Source: an uncultured bacterium
GTDB taxonomy: Bacteria > Fidelibacterota > Marinisomatia > SCGC-AAA003-L08 > JACNLC01
Direction of reading: 5' to 3'
Length of the DNA stretch: 64,000 bases
NCBI GenBank assembly: GCA_964409335.1
Contig: CAYPCW010000003.1
Location: forward strand, 6,421 to 70,420
Under the pieces are notes generated by a model. The model saw only the letters and a program-made list of their open reading frames with translations. It did no database searches and was not told the origin of the DNA. How positions within the stretch are numbered: the stretch's first letter is position 1; every line of letters starts with the position of its first letter. This document shows positions 55,716-64,000 of this stretch, one piece after another. The position numbers were made by a program, and so were the translations under genes.

Positions 55716-55737
55716 AAGGTTAGATATCGACGAGGAA

Positions 55738-58653
55738 CTAATAGCCGAATAATTCTTCCAGCGTCAGGTATTTGATTTCGCCATAATCTGCGAGGACGGC
55801 AAGGTTCAGATCTTTCACATTACCGATGATCATGATCTGATATTTCCGTCCTTTCACATGTTTCTCAAAGAAATCTTTAATCTCCCGAATGGTCATTTTA
55901 TCCAGTCTATCGTAAACATCTTTCCGGATGTCGTGATCTAATCCCCGTTTCTGAGCAGTGAGGTAATTAAATAGTATACTGGATCGTGTCACCCGGTCTG
56001 TCTGGATTTTATTCGCTACCGCATCCACAGAAGATTCAAAAGATACCCTGGACTCGGGAAGTTCATTCAATAGTTCAAACATGGCGCTCATGGCTTCGGG
56101 GAGTTTATCTACCTGCGTACCGATGTATGCCATTACATGGTGATAGTCTTCCATCTTATCCGGATCATCATAAGTGGCAAACACCGAATATGCAAGCGCT
56201 TTTGCCTCCCGAATCGTCTGGAAAGTGATGGAGGACATACTCCCTCCGTAATAGGTGTTGAAGAGCGTACGTTCAGCAACATTGTGAGGATTGTATAATT
56301 CCCCCTTGGATAAAAACATGATCTCTGCCTGTTTCATATCATAATTCACAATAAACACCCGATTCTTGTCCGAATCCAGTTCAGTAAATTTCATCGCCGG
56401 AGGGATCGGACTCAGGATATCCGGCCGTTGATGATAGGTATCGACGATACCTTTGACGACCGGGATGTCCGCAGGCCCATAGTAGAGAATAGTATGTTTA
56501 AAAATCGCAAGATTGTGGATTTTTGCCAGAAGCGTGCCGGAAGAAATCTTCATGATCTCATTCTGAGATAGTATATGAGTGAAGGGGGAATTTTTACCAT
56601 ACTTCCCATAATTCAAAAGTCCGCCCCACAGAATTTTATTTTTCGATAATTTATTGTCCGCCCGGACCTTTAATTGATCTGCTTTCAAATTTTCAAGCGC
56701 TGATTCATTTGCCTGAGCGTCTGATAGCAGACTCTCGAAAAGTCGAATTCCCTTCTCCATTTTTTCCTGAAGACCCGAAAGACTCACCCATATTTGCTCC
56801 TCAGAAGCATTGACAGAAAAGGAACATCCGATTTTATAAAATTCCTGATTGATTTCTGCTGGCGAATACTGTGAAGTCCCCAGATAATTGAGATAGTTCA
56901 GTGCAATGTCGAGACCGGGATCGTTGTTGGTTCCCATTTCAAACAGATATACCAGGCGGAACAGGTCGTTTTCTGTGTTCTTCGCAAAATACATGGGGAT
57001 ACCCTCATTCAACTGATGACGCTGAATATCTTTTTGGTAATCGATGAAAACCGGTTTGATTTCAGGTACTTTTGCTTCTGTCATTGATTTCGCAAAATGT
57101 GACATACCTTCCCGGTTTATATCCAATGGCGTGATCTCTGGTTTGGTCACTTTCATGACGTTCTGATCTTCTCCCACACGCTTATAAACGACAGCATAAT
57201 TATTTTTGAAGGATTGGGTGGCAAAGCGGACAATATCCTGTTTGGTAAATTTGGCATACCGTTCATGCTTATGCACCTCGTTTTCCCATGATCTCCCCTG
57301 AATAAAAGCATTTACAAAGGCATGTGCTCTTACCCAGTTATTTTCATACCCTTTCAATTCCTTTAGTTTCAAATCATTCCGAACCGCATCCAAAAGCCAG
57401 TCGGGGAACTCCCCTTTTTTGAGCAATTCCAGCTGATACAAAAGGAGATCTTTGACTTCCTCAAGCGATTGCCCTTCCCGTGGACGGCCAACCAGGGTAT
57501 ACACACTGTAATCCTTAAAAATTTGGGGAAAGGCAAAAGCGCCCAGCACCTTTTGCTCCTGGTTCAAATTCAGATCAATCAGCCCTGCGGTCTGGTTTGC
57601 AATAATTTTTGACGTAACTGCAAGCAAATCTTCATCCGGTGAACCTGCTCCCCCGAACCGGAAACCGATGGTCACACTTTCTGCATCGGGTCCCACGACT
57701 TCGCCAATAACAGGCTGGGTAATGGGATCTTCTTTGGGGGGTATGAATTCCGGAACAGGTCTGGATGGCAATTTACCCCAGGTGTCCCGGATCATTTGAA
57801 TGACTTCATCCGGGTTCAAATCACCGGATAAACTAATGACCATGTTAGTGGGAACATAATAGGTGTCGTAATAATGGATCACTGTGCTGAGCGACGGATT
57901 CTTTAAATGCTCGATACTGCCAATGGTGGTCTGAGTACCGTAGGGATGTTTTTTGAAGAGTTCTGCACTTAATGCTTCATCCACTTTGTTATTGTCGTTA
58001 TCCAGCCCCCGATTCTTCTCTTCATATACGGTTTCCAGTTCCGTGTGGAATAACCGCATCACCGGATGACGATACCGCTCTGCTTCAAGTTTCAGCCAGT
58101 TGTTGATCTGGTTTGCAGGAATATCGTTGATATACACCGTCTGCTCCACCCAGGTATAGGCATTCGTCCCTTTTGCTCCCATGGAGGTGACCATTTTCGT
58201 ATACTCATTGGGAATCGCATATTTTGCAGCGACTGTGGAAATACTATCAATCTGGTGATATATCTGCTTTCGTTCAAGGGAATCGGTAGTGACATAATGT
58301 TTATCATATAGTGCAATTATCTTATCGATCTCAGCACTCTCTTTCTCCCAGTCGGCCGTTCCGAATTTGTCGGTTCCTTTAAATAGCATGTGTTCAAGGT
58401 AGTGAGCCAAGCCGGTGGCATCCGGCGGATCATTCTTATGTCCCGCTTTGACGCCGATCAGGGTTTGAATTCTGGGTTCGTCCTTATTGACGGTCATGAA
58501 AACGGTAAGTCCGTTTTCGAGGGTGTATATCCTTCCACTTAACGGATCCCCATCAACGGTTTGATAAGGAATTTCAGCCGGTTTGGGTTTTAACGGAATG
58601 CATCCAACGATCAGGACCGCAAGGAAAAAAAGTAAAAACTGATGAATTTTCAT
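55738..58653 (-). CDS. M16 (pitrilysin/insulinase) family zinc peptidase, double-length lipoprotein
   Basis: 971 aa. Lipobox LIVGC and the inverted zinc motif HYLEHMLFKGT (HxxEH). The length corresponds to four M16 half-domains. Confidence 0.85.
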   Translation of the reverse strand: MKIHQFLLFFLAVLIVGCIPLKPKPAEIPYQTVDGDPLSGRIYTLENGLTVFMTVNKDEPRIQTLIGVKAGHKNDPPDATGLAHYLEHMLFKGTDKFGTADWEKESAEIDKIIALYDKHYVTTDSLERKQIYHQIDSISTVAAKYAIPNEYTKMVTSMGAKGTNAYTWVEQTVYINDIPANQINNWLKLEAERYRHPVMRLFHTELETVYEEKNRGLDNDNNKVDEALSAELFKKHPYGTQTTIGSIEHLKNPSLSTVIHYYDTYYVPTNMVISLSGDLNPDEVIQMIRDTWGKLPSRPVPEFIPPKEDPITQPVIGEVVGPDAESVTIGFRFGGAGSPDEDLLAVTSKIIANQTAGLIDLNLNQEQKVLGAFAFPQIFKDYSVYTLVGRPREGQSLEEVKDLLLYQLELLKKGEFPDWLLDAVRNDLKLKELKGYENNWVRAHAFVNAFIQGRSWENEVHKHERYAKFTKQDIVRFATQSFKNNYAVVYKRVGEDQNVMKVTKPEITPLDINREGMSHFAKSMTEAKVPEIKPVFIDYQKDIQRHQLNEGIPMYFAKNTENDLFRLVYLFEMGTNNDPGLDIALNYLNYLGTSQYSPAEINQEFYKIGCSFSVNASEEQIWVSLSGLQEKMEKGIRLFESLLSDAQANESALENLKADQLKVRADNKLSKNKILWGGLLNYGKYGKNSPFTHILSQNEIMKISSGTLLAKIHNLAIFKHTILYYGPADIPVVKGIVDTYHQRPDILSPIPPAMKFTELDSDKNRVFIVNYDMKQAEIMFLSKGELYNPHNVAERTLFNTYYGGSMSSITFQTIREAKALAYSVFATYDDPDKMEDYHHVMAYIGTQVDKLPEAMSAMFELLNELPESRVSFESSVDAVANKIQTDRVTRSSILFNYLTAQKRGLDHDIRKDVYDRLDKMTIREIKDFFEKHVKGRKYQIMIIGNVKDLNLAVLADYGEIKYLTLEELFGY

Positions 58654-58793
58654 GTAAATATTACCTTATATAACGGCGTTAACTGATTTTATTAAATTTC
58701 AAAGAGATAAAAATATGGGGGAGGTCTGCACGACGCCATGGTTTTATCTGTTTGAGTTTGTGACAAGGAATAGCGAGCCTTATTGTGCTTTAT

Positions 58794-59615
58794 TTAAAAG
58801 GATTCGGAGTAAATGATTTTGACTTCCCGGTTGGCATATTTTGCAGAATTATTGTTCAGCCCAATATCATTATAATCTAATTCCAGCATCAGGTTAGGTG
58901 TCACAGCCCAGCGAAGTCCGGCATTCAGAAAGCCCCTGCCTTTACCGAATGTGATCTGGCTCAGGTCACCGATATTATCAAGGCTGTACTCATTATCGTT
59001 AAATGCGGCGTCATATTCCAGTAGAAGGGAAAAACTTCGGTTCAGTTCTTTGTCGAATCCAAAGAAAAAATCAGGATCTTTGTCACCATCCTTATTTTCG
59101 GTAAGATTTTTACTGATCCCCACATGAAAGCCCAGATTCCCCAGCGCATTCCAGTTTTTACTGGCGACGATGAAGGCGCCCAGTGCTTTTCGCCCATATC
59201 TCTCTATCAGTGTTGACGTATTATCCCCATCCACCGAAAACTCATGATATTCTCCCCTGCCCTGGGTATCCAGACCCACTACCACAGCCGGCCATTGATT
59301 GGTCTCTTCATATGCGCGGTATTTGATTTGCACTTCAGGATAGGTTTTATTGACAGACATTTTCTGGTCACCGATAAACTTTTGAACACCGTAGGACATG
59401 CCGATCATAAAATGATGAGTGAGTCCGACCTCGATTTTAGGTAGTATCCCTCCATTTTTCTGGAGCAGAAATTCCGAGGTAAACGTCCCTTTGGGAAGTG
59501 TGCCTGCGGTGGGGATGGAAATTAAATAGAGGGGCGGGTAAGGCTGTTCACGTTGTGCGAAGATGCCACTCAGCGCCACGAGAAACAGGGACAGGGAAAA
59601 AATGTATTTCTTCAA
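58794..59615 (-). CDS. hypothetical outer-membrane beta-barrel-like protein
   Basis: 273 aa. Signal peptide (..GIFAQ), alternating hydrophobic strands, C-terminal ...IIYSESF (terminal Phe as in many OMPs). No family recognised. Confidence 0.5.
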   Translation of the reverse strand: MKKYIFSLSLFLVALSGIFAQREQPYPPLYLISIPTAGTLPKGTFTSEFLLQKNGGILPKIEVGLTHHFMIGMSYGVQKFIGDQKMSVNKTYPEVQIKYRAYEETNQWPAVVVGLDTQGRGEYHEFSVDGDNTSTLIERYGRKALGAFIVASKNWNALGNLGFHVGISKNLTENKDGDKDPDFFFGFDKELNRSFSLLLEYDAAFNDNEYSLDNIGDLSQITFGKGRGFLNAGLRWAVTPNLMLELDYNDIGLNNNSAKYANREVKIIYSESF

Positions 59616-59676
59616 AATGACTCCTTTTTACATAGAAACAATTCAGGGTTTTGGGGAATGTTCACCATTTCATTGA

Positions 59677-61293
59677 TCAGGGTTGCAGGATCACATTCAC
59701 GAGAATAACCAAATCGGAAACGTCAATAACATCGTCGCCATTCATATCCGCAGCACAATGTTGATCTTCATCAAATGAAACGCTACCCAGGATATATCCG
59801 ACGATGGCGACCAGATCAAGAACATCATCTACGCCATCTCCATTTACATCACCGGTGGGATCGCAGCCCGAGAAATGGTTTTCGGTACCGGGTGTGCCGA
59901 AATCTCCATCCAGCATCAACTGGTCCGATGCGACCCAGTTTGACCCCAGACCGTTGTCAGCCAGGGGATCGGTGAGCATCATGCTTGCTCCGCTGGTATT
60001 GGGGAATGTGGCGCCGTTATCGTAATACACCTCATCAATAACAATCCCTGACGGATGTTGAATGGTGATCCCGTCCCAGGTATTATTCAGATTGATATTG
60101 GTGTACACATAATCAAGGGCAATTCCACCATTCAGCGCAGGATCGCCATTTCTGCCCAGTACGATAAATGCACCCGGTGCAAGGATAAGACTGCCCCCGG
60201 ACTGAATGGTATGAAAATCCGTATTGGCATCCCTGATAACAAGACCGTCAATCAGGATCGTCTCTGCGCCGATGTTCGTCAACTCAAACCATTCGCCGTA
60301 GGTATCGGATACGGCAGCAGGATTATTCATGATCTCATTGATCACCAATCCGGTGGGAATATCTGCGGGTTGCAGCGGTGATCTCCAGACCACCGGCCGG
60401 TGATCAGACACATTCTGATAATAGACGGAAGTTCCCATGTAGTCGTCCGGTCTGATTGTCTGAATGGTTGCGGAAGTATTTTCATCGAATAATCCTGAAG
60501 AGATCAAAATATGATCCAAAAAACTTGGTGGTGAGTACCATGGATAGGACTGTTGTGCCGGGTCATTGATAATGGCGAGGGTTGTAAACATCATATTGGC
60601 CGTATCGTTTACGAGGGGCCACAGGGAATTGCTGCCTTCAGGATCATCCGGCTCGTCATTGAAATCACCGGCGATGACGATATTCTGCTGCCCGCCGGAC
60701 GACATTTCATTCAAGATGTGATTGTGCAGCACTCCGGCAGAAACCAACCGCCGGTTAAAACCGTCACCACAACATTTTAAATGGACAACAATCAACCAGA
60801 AGTTCAATGCCGACGACCCGCATTGCCATTGCAAATCGACCTTTAGCGGATATCGCCACGCAAATTCATAGCCGTAACCGCTGAATAATATTTCCTGGCC
60901 TAAAATAACAACACTGTCACTTTTCAGGGCGATACCGAGATTCAGATTGGTAAATCCATCATAGTCTGTGTGGGTAAACGTATATGCAGACAGACTGTCA
61001 GCCAGCGCCTGGAACTGAACCAGATCCGTGATTTCCTGAAATACGATAATATCCGGCTGCATGTCACTGATAATCTCGTTAATGTATGAAATCGTATTGC
61101 CGGTTTGAGGGAATTCTTTCACGTTCCAGGTCATCAGTTCCAGTCCCTGCCAATTATTTATAAAGGGCATTTGCCAGAGATTTTGGGCGGGGATTACCGC
61201 GAGGGTATCGGATGGCGGACACTCCTGGGCGAAGACAGCCGTGACAGACATTCCGAAGATCATCGCCTGAAAAAAGGACTTTATGCTTTTCAT
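59677..61293 (-). CDS. secreted endonuclease/exonuclease/phosphatase (EEP) - lamin tail domain - dockerin protein
   Basis: Start placed at MKSIKSFF (signal peptide) = 61293. EEP motifs TWNVKEFP, IVFQEI, AGDFNDE, LDHILIS, SDHRPV. LTD VINEIMNNP...YGEWFELTN. C-terminal duplicated dockerin F-hand GDVNGDGVDDVLDLV / ADMNGDDVIDVSDLV. Confidence 0.75.
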   Translation of the reverse strand: MKSIKSFFQAMIFGMSVTAVFAQECPPSDTLAVIPAQNLWQMPFINNWQGLELMTWNVKEFPQTGNTISYINEIISDMQPDIIVFQEITDLVQFQALADSLSAYTFTHTDYDGFTNLNLGIALKSDSVVILGQEILFSGYGYEFAWRYPLKVDLQWQCGSSALNFWLIVVHLKCCGDGFNRRLVSAGVLHNHILNEMSSGGQQNIVIAGDFNDEPDDPEGSNSLWPLVNDTANMMFTTLAIINDPAQQSYPWYSPPSFLDHILISSGLFDENTSATIQTIRPDDYMGTSVYYQNVSDHRPVVWRSPLQPADIPTGLVINEIMNNPAAVSDTYGEWFELTNIGAETILIDGLVIRDANTDFHTIQSGGSLILAPGAFIVLGRNGDPALNGGIALDYVYTNINLNNTWDGITIQHPSGIVIDEVYYDNGATFPNTSGASMMLTDPLADNGLGSNWVASDQLMLDGDFGTPGTENHFSGCDPTGDVNGDGVDDVLDLVAIVGYILGSVSFDEDQHCAADMNGDDVIDVSDLVILVNVILQP

Positions 61294-61324
61294 AAAATTA
61301 TCAGCACCTTCAGACCGGTGATTA

Positions 61325-63289
61325 TTACCGGTTCTGTAAATCTCCGGCTGCCGGAACCGAAAACTGGAGATAGACGGGCCGGTGATCGGACAAATTATCG
61401 TCAAACACGTCATAGCCACCCACATAATCTTCTACCATGAGTGTTCGTACGGTGAATGGCTTCTGTTCAGGTAACAACGATCGTGAAACCAGGATATGAT
61501 CTAAAAAGCTGACATAGGGTTTTTTAGGGTAGGACGCCTGAGCCTTATCATAGGTGATCTCCCAGGTAGGAAAATAAAATCGGTCATCATTCAGGAATGG
61601 GGTAAAACAATGGGCATTTTCTGCATCTTTCAGATCGTCATTCCAATCCCCCATGACGATAAAGTTGGCGTAACCGGAATTCATTTCGTCATTCAGGTAT
61701 GCCCATAACATTTTCGCGGCATTCTGACGCCGGATCAATCCGGAATCGCAACATTTCATGTGGAGGTTTATCACGGATAGAGGTACTTCGCTTTCGTTGG
61801 TGAAATACATGAAATCCCCCCGGAGCGGCGGACGTCCTGCAAAATTATAGTCGTTTTCAGCAAAGGGTTCGATCTGCCGGACCAGCCGGAATTGATCCCG
61901 TCTGAACACGATAGCCTGATTCATATAAGAGGATGCTTTTGAAATGATGTAATCATATTCCGGCAGGTAGGCCATCAATTGACTAAACCATCCCGGATAT
62001 TTGATTTCCTGAAAGCTGATCAGGTCTGCGTTCAGATCATGGACGATTTCCGATAGCATATGGATGGTGGTATCCCCATTGGCGGGAAACATTTCGCAGT
62101 TCCAGGTTACCACATCCAGTTTGCCGGGGTCGTTCAACGATGGAATTGTGTATTCATCAAAGGGGAAATTTGTCCCCGGAAGCATTTCAGTTCCGGTCCG
62201 TTTTTGGGGGATTTTATACCAATCCGGGTGTTTGTATATCCTCGATAATGCCGCTATATTTTGGGTTTCAATCCAGTCATGCATAACCGGATCCACAGAA
62301 AAATCATCGGCCAGGAGGGTCTGTGAAACCCGGCCGTCAACTACCGTTTCATAACCGGTAAACATATGGGTTGACCTGTCGATTTTCAGCCGGATATGTC
62401 CGAACTCGGTTCCTCCGCCATAATTTTGAATGATATACACATGGCTGCTGGGGTCATACCATGGCAGTGGGTATCCTTTACTGACTCCGCCCGCCACAAT
62501 CACATCTACACCTTGCGCATACCGTCCCATTTGCAAGGCATTCAGGAATTCGCCCTCAAGTTCTTTCCCGATGGCGAGACTATCCACAAAATCACCATAC
62601 GCATCCTCCCGGTCATAGGGAACCCCATTTGTCGCGAGAACGAGGATCACCTCGGCGCCTTCTGTTTTCATGATGGAAATCCATTTTTTTAGCGCATCAA
62701 CTTCATGGCCGATATGAATGTCTGATAGATTTTCCGCCGATGAGAGATATTCCAGTTCTGATGTGATAATACCCAGGATCCCCACCCGGATACCCTTTAC
62801 GGTTTTGATGATGTACGGCCTGATGGTTCCATCTGAAAAAGGGCAATCGGAGCAATCCAGATTCGCCCCTAAAAAAGGGAAATTCGCCATTTTTGCACAT
62901 TCATATAGGGCAGGTGCACCGAGGATGAAGTCGTCGGCGCCGGGGGTTAGGGCGTCATAGCCAATCTGATTCATCCACTTTACGACTGTTTTTCCACTGT
63001 CTGCCAATCCCATAGGATTGCCCTGAAAAAAATTCCCGCCATCCAAAATGATCAATCCTTCCCCGTCCTTTTCCAACCGGGGACGGAGATCATTGAGATA
63101 CTGATACAGACCGGACACCCCCACAAGGTCCGGTGGGTATTCCGGATTCATAAACCCGGCGGTCTGTTCGGCGAGGACGCCGTGCAGGTCGTTCGTCGTG
63201 ACTAGATTTATGTAAAATGATTCTGATTTTTTTGCTGAAATGATATTCAGACAAAAAAGCATAGTGAGGATAATTTTATGTGTATTCAT
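61325..63289 (-). CDS. secreted 5'-nucleotidase-like (degenerate metallophosphatase) - EEP fusion protein
   Basis: 654 aa. Signal peptide. The N-terminal half is collinear with UshA/5'-NT (TTNDLHG present) but later metal-ligand motifs are altered (DGGN, GADD, ATNG, AGGVSKG). The C-terminal EEP has intact motifs TWNCEMFP, ISFQEI, MGDWNDD, LDHILVS, SDHRPV. Confidence 0.7.
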   Translation of the reverse strand: MNTHKIILTMLFCLNIISAKKSESFYINLVTTNDLHGVLAEQTAGFMNPEYPPDLVGVSGLYQYLNDLRPRLEKDGEGLIILDGGNFFQGNPMGLADSGKTVVKWMNQIGYDALTPGADDFILGAPALYECAKMANFPFLGANLDCSDCPFSDGTIRPYIIKTVKGIRVGILGIITSELEYLSSAENLSDIHIGHEVDALKKWISIMKTEGAEVILVLATNGVPYDREDAYGDFVDSLAIGKELEGEFLNALQMGRYAQGVDVIVAGGVSKGYPLPWYDPSSHVYIIQNYGGGTEFGHIRLKIDRSTHMFTGYETVVDGRVSQTLLADDFSVDPVMHDWIETQNIAALSRIYKHPDWYKIPQKRTGTEMLPGTNFPFDEYTIPSLNDPGKLDVVTWNCEMFPANGDTTIHMLSEIVHDLNADLISFQEIKYPGWFSQLMAYLPEYDYIISKASSYMNQAIVFRRDQFRLVRQIEPFAENDYNFAGRPPLRGDFMYFTNESEVPLSVINLHMKCCDSGLIRRQNAAKMLWAYLNDEMNSGYANFIVMGDWNDDLKDAENAHCFTPFLNDDRFYFPTWEITYDKAQASYPKKPYVSFLDHILVSRSLLPEQKPFTVRTLMVEDYVGGYDVFDDNLSDHRPVYLQFSVPAAGDLQNR

Positions 63290-63520
63290 TTAAATCTTTG
63301 CTTAATTGAGGCAGGAAATTAAGACGAAACCGGAAAATCAATCTGAATATAAATTGCATCGCCGGTTTGAGAATTTTTGATCAGATGCTACATCCATGAT
63401 CATTTTATTTTCTTCACCGACAGACCGGCGATTCGTTTCGGATTCACAATGTCTTTACCGTAAATTTCTTATCCAAAAACAAAAATTTTATTCAATTAAT
63501 TCATCTTTTAAGGAGCAAAT

Positions 63521-64000
63521 ATGAAAAGAACATTATCCGTACTTTTATTTTCCTTTTCACTTACATTTAGTCAATTATTTATTAATGAAATTGACTATGA
63601 CCAACCGGGTACCGATACGGCAGAATTTGTTGAACTTGCGGGACCGGCGGGGACCTACAATCAGGTTGTCCTCACGTTTATAAATGGGAATAATGGATCG
63701 GCCTATGCCTCCTACGATCTCGGGGCGATCGTTTTAACAGATGAAGTTGACGGATATGGATTTTATGTCGTTGGCAGTACCCTGGTCCCGAATGTGGATT
63801 TTTCGAATGGATTTCCGGCTTCCAACGCCATCCAGAACGGAGCTCCCGACGGGATTGAACTCCGCGTCGGGGGAAATATCGTGGACGCTGTCTGTTATGA
63901 AGGGTCAATGAATGATTCTGAGGGATACCCCATGGAGGTCGCCGCTGATGGTTCCGACACATTCCCGGAATCCGGTGAAAATGAATCCCTAGGCAGAGTG
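63521..64000 (+). CDS. secreted lamin tail domain (LTD) protein, 5' partial (runs off the window)
   Basis: Not in the ORF track because no stop is reached. ATG 63521 has AAGGAG 5 nt upstream and is open for 160 codons to the window edge. Signal peptide MKRTLSVLLFSFSLTFSQ, then FINEIDYDQPGTDTAEFVELAG (LTD opening motif). Confidence 0.65.
   Translation, partial: MKRTLSVLLFSFSLTFSQLFINEIDYDQPGTDTAEFVELAGPAGTYNQVVLTFINGNNGSAYASYDLGAIVLTDEVDGYGFYVVGSTLVPNVDFSNGFPASNAIQNGAPDGIELRVGGNIVDAVCYEGSMNDSEGYPMEVAADGSDTFPESGENESLGRV

Noticed and set aside
1-64000. CRISPR arrays, transposases/integrases, prophage genes, toxin-antitoxin or known defence-system hallmarks, rRNA/tRNA genes
   Set aside because: None were found on reading both strands. 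There are no spaced direct repeats, no recombinase or nuclease-helicase defence-type ORFs, and all large ORFs are accounted for by housekeeping or envelope functions. tRNA or ncRNA absence should be confirmed with tRNAscan/Infernal.

Overview
This 64 kb window looks like an ordinary chromosomal segment of a diderm (Gram-negative) bacterium. A fused LpxC-FabZ gene points to an FCB-superphylum-like lineage (Bacteroidota/Chlorobi relatives), but that is inference only. I support about 58 protein-coding genes, densely packed and often joined by start/stop overlaps. I recognised no rRNA, tRNA, CRISPR array, transposase, integrase, prophage or classical defence genes.

Left to right the window contains:
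- an M23 peptidase and a rhomboid protease;
- a nucleoside salvage operon (cdd-udk-tdk-CNT transporter-adk-coaE);
- an nfeD-floA membrane microdomain operon;
- a lipid A/Kdo block (lpxL-family, tsaC, msbA, ispD-like, waaA) with a nonulosonic (sialic-acid-type) sugar cassette inserted, made of neuA, neuB, a KdsC-type phosphatase, a very small sialyltransferase-like gene, an LtaS-like transferase and an unknown GT-B-like gene;
- the conserved outer-membrane cluster rseP-dxr / lpxA-lpxC/fabZ-lpxD-skp-bamA-uppS;
- mrp, a ferredoxin, an MFS transporter and rng-rplU-rpmA;
- an ECF sigma/anti-sigma operon with three uncharacterised beta-solenoid envelope proteins, then a PDZ protein behind a near-consensus sigma-54 promoter and an NtrY/NtrX-like two-component system;
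- a TonB-dependent receptor plus lipoprotein;
- housekeeping genes (LON-domain protein, elbB, queG, M16 peptidase);
- at the right edge, secreted EEP nuclease-like, degenerate 5'-nucleotidase-like, lamin-tail-domain and dockerin proteins.

The best candidates for something new are four:
1. the dual-sigma (ECF + sigma-54) envelope locus at 38.5-48.3 kb, which includes a bactofilin-like/Omp85-like fusion;
2. the minimal GT29/GT42-like sialyltransferase inside the LPS core genes;
3. the extracellular nuclease cluster;
4. an lpxA gene that has no canonical start codon.

All family calls come from motif recognition by eye. No similarity search or structure prediction was run.
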